DNA from: Fidelibacterota bacterium
Lineage (GTDB): Bacteria > Fidelibacterota > UBA2242
NCBI GenBank assembly: GCA_018002295.1
Contig: JAGNGI010000002.1
Span: 618 to 64,617 of the forward strand
Direction: 5' to 3'
DNA: 64,000 nucleotides
The notes below the pieces were generated by a model, which saw only the letters and a list, made by a program, of their open reading frames with translations, was not told the origin of the DNA and searched no databases. Below, piece after piece: positions 59,187 to 64,000 of the stretch (position 1 is the first letter of the stretch; each line of letters begins with the position of its first letter). A program made the position numbers and the translations under genes.

Positions 59187-60236
59187 ATCCGCTCCGGAAG
59201 TTGATGAAGGCGGTAATCTTTGCAAGATAGCCGTTTTTATTTCATCAGATAATTTTAGTTCAATTTCGATAACCAAAAGCGGAATAGCCAATGATCCAGC
59301 ATTTACCGGCAGGTTGACAGCGTCTTTTTCAGTCGTAACCAGATAGTCACAGTTCATCTGTTCGGCTTTGATTATTATCTTCTGCAAATCGGTGGTCGTA
59401 TAATGATGGTGATCGGGAAATCGTAGGAATGTCACCTTACCACAGTTTAATTGTCGGACGGTTGTCTCGAACTGAATATGGTTGCCGAGCCCACAAAACG
59501 CCAGTACATTTTTACCAGCGATAGTATTAATTGAGACGTTTTCTGCGGAAAGGGTGCGAAGACCAACGATTTTTAGAGAAGCCGTAAAAAATGTTATGCT
59601 CGGATTAAATTTCTCGAAGAAGGTTCGTTGTTCGGGGATGATTTTATCCGTCTTAGAAAAAACTAAATAGTCGGCGCGTTTTAATCCGTGCCAGGATTCT
59701 CTAAGCCGACCGACCGGTAAAAGGTGCTTTTGCCAGGACGGTGTTTTCGGATCCCAAAGTACGATATTAATGTCACGGGCGAGTCGCCGATGCTGGAATG
59801 CATCATCGGCAATAATCAAATTGCAAGCAAAATTTTCGATTGCGGTATGGGCGGCGGCTATACGATCAGCATCGGCAACTATGACAACTCCGGGCAATTT
59901 ACCAGCCATCAAAAAAGGTTCATCGCCAGCCTGTTGTGGAGTAGTTAAAATTTGTCTGCCATCGGAAACAATAACTGTACCCCTGGATTTACGTCGATAC
60001 CCTCGAGAGATGATGGCAATTCGGTAACCTTTTTCACTTAGAAATTTTGCCAGCGCAATTACAAACGGTGTTTTGCCAGTTCCACCAGCGGTAATATTGC
60101 CCACGGCGACCACTGGAACAGGCATTTTGATAGCTTTAAAGATATGACGGTCGTAAAACAGATTCCGCAATTTTGTGATCAAACCGTATATAACAGCCGC
60201 TGGAAATAAAAGCCATCTTAAGGCACCTAATTGCAT
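59181..60236 (-). CDS. lpxK: Tetraacyldisaccharide 4'-kinase
   Basis: P-loop VGNITAGGTGKTP and overall LpxK pattern. It follows lpxB. Confidence 0.85.
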   Translation of the reverse strand: MQLGALRWLLFPAAVIYGLITKLRNLFYDRHIFKAIKMPVPVVAVGNITAGGTGKTPFVIALAKFLSEKGYRIAIISRGYRRKSRGTVIVSDGRQILTTPQQAGDEPFLMAGKLPGVVIVADADRIAAAHTAIENFACNLIIADDAFQHRRLARDINIVLWDPKTPSWQKHLLPVGRLRESWHGLKRADYLVFSKTDKIIPEQRTFFEKFNPSITFFTASLKIVGLRTLSAENVSINTIAGKNVLAFCGLGNHIQFETTVRQLNCGKVTFLRFPDHHHYTTTDLQKIIIKAEQMNCDYLVTTEKDAVNLPVNAGSLAIPLLVIEIELKLSDEIKTAILQRLPPSSTSGADL

Positions 60237-60251
60237 TCTCTATTAATGTAT

Positions 60252-61376
60252 TTATGATTCTAAATAATTCAGGATAATGTGAGCCGCACGTCGGGAAGCA
60301 CCTGGTTCGCCTAACAGGCGGCAGACATATTGCAAAAAATCGCGGATTTGGTTCGCATATGATTGATCGCACAGAATTCTCATGATTTCACTTTTGATGT
60401 TTTCTACATTAGCATCGTGCTGAATCAATTCCGTTACACCCTTTTTCCCAGCGATCAAATTGGTAATCGAAATAAAGGGCACCTTGATTAGTTTTTTCCC
60501 CAGCCAGTAAGTCAGCGGTGCCACGCGGTAAATTACGACGAAAGGCTTGTTACTAAGCGTGGCTTCGAGGGTAACTGTACCGGAAGCCATAATTAGGACG
60601 TCGGCAGATTGAATCACAGAACGGGTACTATTGAAATGCCAGCTTAGCCAATCGAACTGATAGCATTTTTGGTATTTTTCCAGATTGACGTCGGAAGCAA
60701 CCGCAACAGCCGCCTGTAAATTTGGAAATTCCTGGCGCAGATCTTTGACCGATGAAATCATTAGCGGTAGATGCTTATCAACTTCTTGCTGACGACTGCC
60801 CGGAAACAATCCGACCAGCGGCTCGCCGTTTTTAAAAATTTTCTGGTTTGGTTCCGGTATAGAAATTTCATTCTGGTCTAATAAAGGATGTCCCACAAAT
60901 GTTGCCCGCACTCCTCGTTCGCTAAACCAGGTGGCTTCAAATGGTAAAATACAGATAACTTCCTGAACGTGGCGGCGAATCTTCTTAACCCGGGATTGAT
61001 GCCAAGCCCAAACTTGAGGTACGATATAATAAATCACTGGTATATCACGCCGGTCGAGCGCCTTAGCCAAGCGTAAGTTAAAACCGGGATAGTCAATTAA
61101 AACGACGACATCGGGTTTAAATTCATCAAGAAACTGCAACGTCTTACGATACATACTGATGATAAATGGTAGATGTTTAATAACCTCAACAAAACCCATA
61201 AAAGACGTTTCGCGAATATGGAAAAGCAGTTCAGCGCCAGCCGCCGCCATATTATCTCCACCGATAGCGCTGATTTCGATATCAGGATTTAATTCTTTCA
61301 GGGCGGAAATTAGTTTGCCAGCATGCATATCGCCAGATAGTTCACCAGCAGAGATAAAAAGTTTACCAGCGGACAT
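60252..61376 (-). CDS. lpxB: Lipid-A-disaccharide synthase
   Basis: MSAGKLFISAGELSGDMHAG N-terminus is typical of LpxB, 374 aa. Confidence 0.85.
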   Translation of the reverse strand: MSAGKLFISAGELSGDMHAGKLISALKELNPDIEISAIGGDNMAAAGAELLFHIRETSFMGFVEVIKHLPFIISMYRKTLQFLDEFKPDVVVLIDYPGFNLRLAKALDRRDIPVIYYIVPQVWAWHQSRVKKIRRHVQEVICILPFEATWFSERGVRATFVGHPLLDQNEISIPEPNQKIFKNGEPLVGLFPGSRQQEVDKHLPLMISSVKDLRQEFPNLQAAVAVASDVNLEKYQKCYQFDWLSWHFNSTRSVIQSADVLIMASGTVTLEATLSNKPFVVIYRVAPLTYWLGKKLIKVPFISITNLIAGKKGVTELIQHDANVENIKSEIMRILCDQSYANQIRDFLQYVCRLLGEPGASRRAAHIILNYLES

Positions 61377-61947
61377 TTAGCCACTCTTTGAGGATTACAG
61401 CTAAGGCGAAAATTACAAAAACTAACAGTGTCGATCTTTCGGTACGTAGTAATTTCCGATTGCTCAGAAATTTTGGCTGAACTCCACTATTCCAGGGTTT
61501 TAGACGCGGCCATAAGCGCGGGACATTGGCTTTATATTTTGCATATTCCGCACCAAAAATATTAGTCAGCGTTTCTTCTTCGAGAGATATAATTAAGCCA
61601 TACTGAAATAAAATGTAAACGAACACTAATAACATCAAAGGCAGAAGCCAGCGCCCACCCGCGAAAAACACCATCCCGATATAAATCAAAGCATTACCGA
61701 TATAAAGCGGATTACGTGTATGGGCAAAAATGCCCCAGGTGCAAAGTTCTTTGGCGCCCACGTTGCGAGTGCGGGTGCGACCGCCAGCCGCCCGTACCCC
61801 ATTCAGTCGGATATATTCACCGACCAAAGCCAAAATTGCTCCGATAAGAGCTAATTTAAAGTTCATATCAGACTGGTAAATTAGAACTAACATAAGTGGA
61901 ATAGGAGTGTAACCGCGTATTTTGAAAAAAAGACGACGAATATCCAT
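61363..61947 (-). CDS. Isoprenylcysteine carboxyl methyltransferase (ICMT/PEMT) family membrane methyltransferase
   Basis: THTRNPLY(I)GN motif and a C-terminal EEExL..FG.EY..Y motif, with 4-5 TM helices. Confidence 0.6.
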   Translation of the reverse strand: MDIRRLFFKIRGYTPIPLMLVLIYQSDMNFKLALIGAILALVGEYIRLNGVRAAGGRTRTRNVGAKELCTWGIFAHTRNPLYIGNALIYIGMVFFAGGRWLLPLMLLVFVYILFQYGLIISLEEETLTNIFGAEYAKYKANVPRLWPRLKPWNSGVQPKFLSNRKLLRTERSTLLVFVIFALAVILKEWLNVRW

Positions 61948-62939
61948 TAATTGATTTTCCTAAAATTATCTTGAATAGAATTTATAATCTGGATGGCAAC
62001 TTTCAGAGCGCGTATTCCATCTTCACCACTAACGCGCGGCGGTTGACCAGTTAGAATTGCATTGACGAAGGACTCCAATTCATTATAAAGCGCGTTACCC
62101 TGTTCGGTTTGTTGGACGCGGTAGAAAATCCGTCGGGGGGCACCGTTCACATCCGGCACTTCCATAATTTGAGTAGTATCATCAGGCACCGGTCCGGCAT
62201 CCCGAGATAAAGAATAGATTTCGGTGGAACCGGCTAACATATCAATCGAGAAATAAGCGTCCCGCTGGAAAATTCGCAACTTGCGCATTTGCTTGTTCGA
62301 CACCCGGCTGGCAGTAACGTTAGCCACACAACCGTTGGCAAAGCACAAACGAGCATTGGCAATATCAATATTGTCGGTCAGAACCGGCGCGCCGGAGGCT
62401 TCCACCTTAACTATCGGCGCAGTGACTAAATCCAGCACCAGGTCAATATCGTGAATCATAAGTTCCAGAACAACCGCGACGTCTGTACCACGACCACGAA
62501 AAGGTGCAATCCGGTGTGACTCGATGAACAACGGATCTATTTGATACTGTTTCAATGCGCCTAAAGCCGGATTAAAACGCTCAACATGCCCAACCTGCAG
62601 GACGAGATTTTTCGCACGAGCCAGCCGGATAATTTCCTCAGCTTCCGCAACTGTCTCCATAAAAGGTTTTTCGCAAAGTAAGTGTCGTCCACGTTCTATA
62701 GCGGCTTTTGCCACGCTATAATGGGAATGAGTCGGGACCACAATCGAAACCGCCTCGCAATCGTCCAGCAATTGTTCCAGCGCTGGATAAGCTCGAACCT
62801 GAAATTCGTTTGATATATAGGATGCCCGCTCAGGGTTGTTGTCAAAGAAACCGACTAATTCGGCATTGGGCAAATTTTGTAAATTTTTAATATGCCAGCG
62901 CCCAAAGTTGCCAGCACCTACTACACCGATTTTAAGCAT
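61947..62939 (-). CDS. Gfo/Idh/MocA family NAD(P)-dependent oxidoreductase
   Basis: Rossmann motif KIGVVGAGNFGRWH. The start is placed at the internal Met (MLKIGVV). The track ORF extends a further 36 codons of AT-rich sequence. Confidence 0.7.
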   Translation of the reverse strand: MLKIGVVGAGNFGRWHIKNLQNLPNAELVGFFDNNPERASYISNEFQVRAYPALEQLLDDCEAVSIVVPTHSHYSVAKAAIERGRHLLCEKPFMETVAEAEEIIRLARAKNLVLQVGHVERFNPALGALKQYQIDPLFIESHRIAPFRGRGTDVAVVLELMIHDIDLVLDLVTAPIVKVEASGAPVLTDNIDIANARLCFANGCVANVTASRVSNKQMRKLRIFQRDAYFSIDMLAGSTEIYSLSRDAGPVPDDTTQIMEVPDVNGAPRRIFYRVQQTEQGNALYNELESFVNAILTGQPPRVSGEDGIRALKVAIQIINSIQDNFRKIN

Positions 62940-63105
62940 AATATATAGACATTCTCCTAAATTGTTCTGTATCGAATAAATTTTAAAAAACTTGATTTTG
63001 CCCGTCAATATAATGAAATTCTTGATTATGGAAAAGGTATGTTTCATTCAAAAAAACTGGCTAAGCCAAAAGTTCGCAAATGGAATATCTTTATTGATTC
63101 TAATT

Positions 63106-64000
63106 ATGGTGATCAATTTATGGGCGGAGCTGATCGCCGAAGTCCCCCAAGTTGTCATTGTCCATTGGAATGATTTCCACAGTACTAACCTTCCTTATAA
63201 ATCCAGTCAGGCAGACTATCGAGTAGGTGGTTACGCTAATCTAGCTGGATACCTCGATTCACTTCGCCATCTTCATCCCCAGGCGATTATTCTGAACGCT
63301 GGCGATGATTTTCAAGGCTCGCCAGTTTCGAATTTAACTCGGGGTCTATCGCAAATTTTGATCCTGAATAAAATCCAACCGACTGCTTTCACGCTCGGCA
63401 ATCATGAATTCGATTATGGTATTGATAATCTTCGAAATGTGATGACCTATGCCAACTTCCCGATCCTGAATTCTAATCTATTTGACTCAACTAAAAACGA
63501 TTTATTGGTCCAACCTTATACTATCATTCAATCTGGAAATTTAAAAGTCGCTATTATTGGTGCTCTAACTGGAGATTTGTTCACCCTGGCTTTGCCGCAA
63601 AATCTCAAAGGAATTGGTATCCTTGACCCGTTGACCCAAATCCGCCAATATGTGCACGAAGTCGAACCTCAAACGGATTTAATTGTTCTGTTGAGCCATT
63701 GCGGTTTTGAAGAAGATTCGCTCCTGGCTATGCAACTTGCCGGTGTGGATGTTATTATCGGCGGACATTCCCATACCTACTTGCACCAGCCTAAAAAGGT
63801 CAACAATATCTTGATTTGCCAAGCCGGTTCCAATAGTCATTGTCTGGGTTATTTGAAAGCCAATATAGATCGAAATCAGAAAATCATCACGTCCTATAAT
63901 TACGAATTAATAGAAACCCGTCTCGGGAGAGTAAAGCCGTCACCAGCTGTCGCCAGGGTAGTTGATTCCCTTGAGGCTTCTATCTCTGCAGAAATGGATA
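63106..64000 (+). CDS. 5'-nucleotidase / UshA-like calcineurin-type metallophosphoesterase (3' partial; start uncertain)
   Basis: My own translation gives VVIVHWNDFHS (motif I), GDDFQGSP and GNHEFDYG metallophosphatase motifs, open to the window edge. It is not in the ORF track. ATG at 63106 is the first in-frame Met, but a better signal peptide is split across two frames upstream. Confidence 0.6.
   Translation, partial: MVINLWAELIAEVPQVVIVHWNDFHSTNLPYKSSQADYRVGGYANLAGYLDSLRHLHPQAIILNAGDDFQGSPVSNLTRGLSQILILNKIQPTAFTLGNHEFDYGIDNLRNVMTYANFPILNSNLFDSTKNDLLVQPYTIIQSGNLKVAIIGALTGDLFTLALPQNLKGIGILDPLTQIRQYVHEVEPQTDLIVLLSHCGFEEDSLLAMQLAGVDVIIGGHSHTYLHQPKKVNNILICQAGSNSHCLGYLKANIDRNQKIITSYNYELIETRLGRVKPSPAVARVVDSLEASISAEMD

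Noticed and set aside
61947-63047. Full 366-aa version of the Gfo/Idh/MocA ORF
   Set aside because: The first 36 codons are AT-rich (MKHTFSIIKNFIIL...) and precede the canonical Rossmann N-terminus MLKIGVVGAGNFG. The start is more likely the internal Met at 62939.

Overview
This window reads as a chromosomal segment from an anaerobic, diderm (LPS-containing) bacterium with moderate GC. It carries lptD, lpxB, lpxK and a PlpD-like patatin-Omp85 fusion, and most genes are housekeeping or metabolic.

Recognisable blocks:
- Left end (1-11.8 kb): a 4Fe-4S ferredoxin (partial), LD-carboxypeptidase, a TPR protein, a PlpD-like patatin/Omp85 type Vd autotransporter, a CoiA-like zinc-ribbon protein, a CopA-type P-type ATPase, and a 949-aa HExxH/beta-propeller/beta-barrel outer-membrane protein.
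- Amino-acid fermentation block (12-20 kb, minus strand): NfnA-NfnB, a class-I aminotransferase, and 2-oxoacid:ferredoxin oxidoreductase delta/alpha/beta-gamma subunits, followed by an AhpD-like protein and IlvE.
- serC-like / serA-like / DUF1015 trio.
- Corrinoid methyl-transfer cluster: an AcsE/MtrH-like methyl-THF methyltransferase, MetV, MetF and a B12-binding corrinoid protein.
- deoC plus a phosphohexomutase-family (candidate phosphopentomutase) pair; a sigma-70 factor; a DUF1848-like protein; LptD; a HAD hydrolase; GapA; a GH57 glucanotransferase; a prenyltransferase-like repeat protein; Lon.
- tRNA-Val(TAC) immediately followed by an aberrant tRNA-like copy. Its anticodon arm is replaced by a tetraloop hairpin and it carries a ~28-nt hairpin insertion in the T-loop.
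- A ~2.5 kb AT-rich, ORF-poor stretch with tandem ~72-75-nt hairpin repeats and a lone radical-SAM/SPASM-like gene.
- Right end: RlmD-like methyltransferase, a GAF/HD-GYP protein, a 1120-aa CPBP (CAAX-protease) fusion membrane protein, a small tandem-repeat basic protein with a strong terminator, AckA, an FG-GAP/putative-Ig adhesin, and a lipid-A operon (Gfo/Idh/MocA oxidoreductase - ICMT-like methyltransferase - lpxB - lpxK). A 5'-nucleotidase gene with a possible frameshifted start runs off the edge.

The most unusual signals are the tRNA-like pseudo-copy plus AT-rich repeat island, the architecture of the 949-aa OM protein, the CPBP mega-fusion, and the small tandem-repeat protein. I found no CRISPR array and no canonical defence or mobile-element genes (integrase, transposase, RT).
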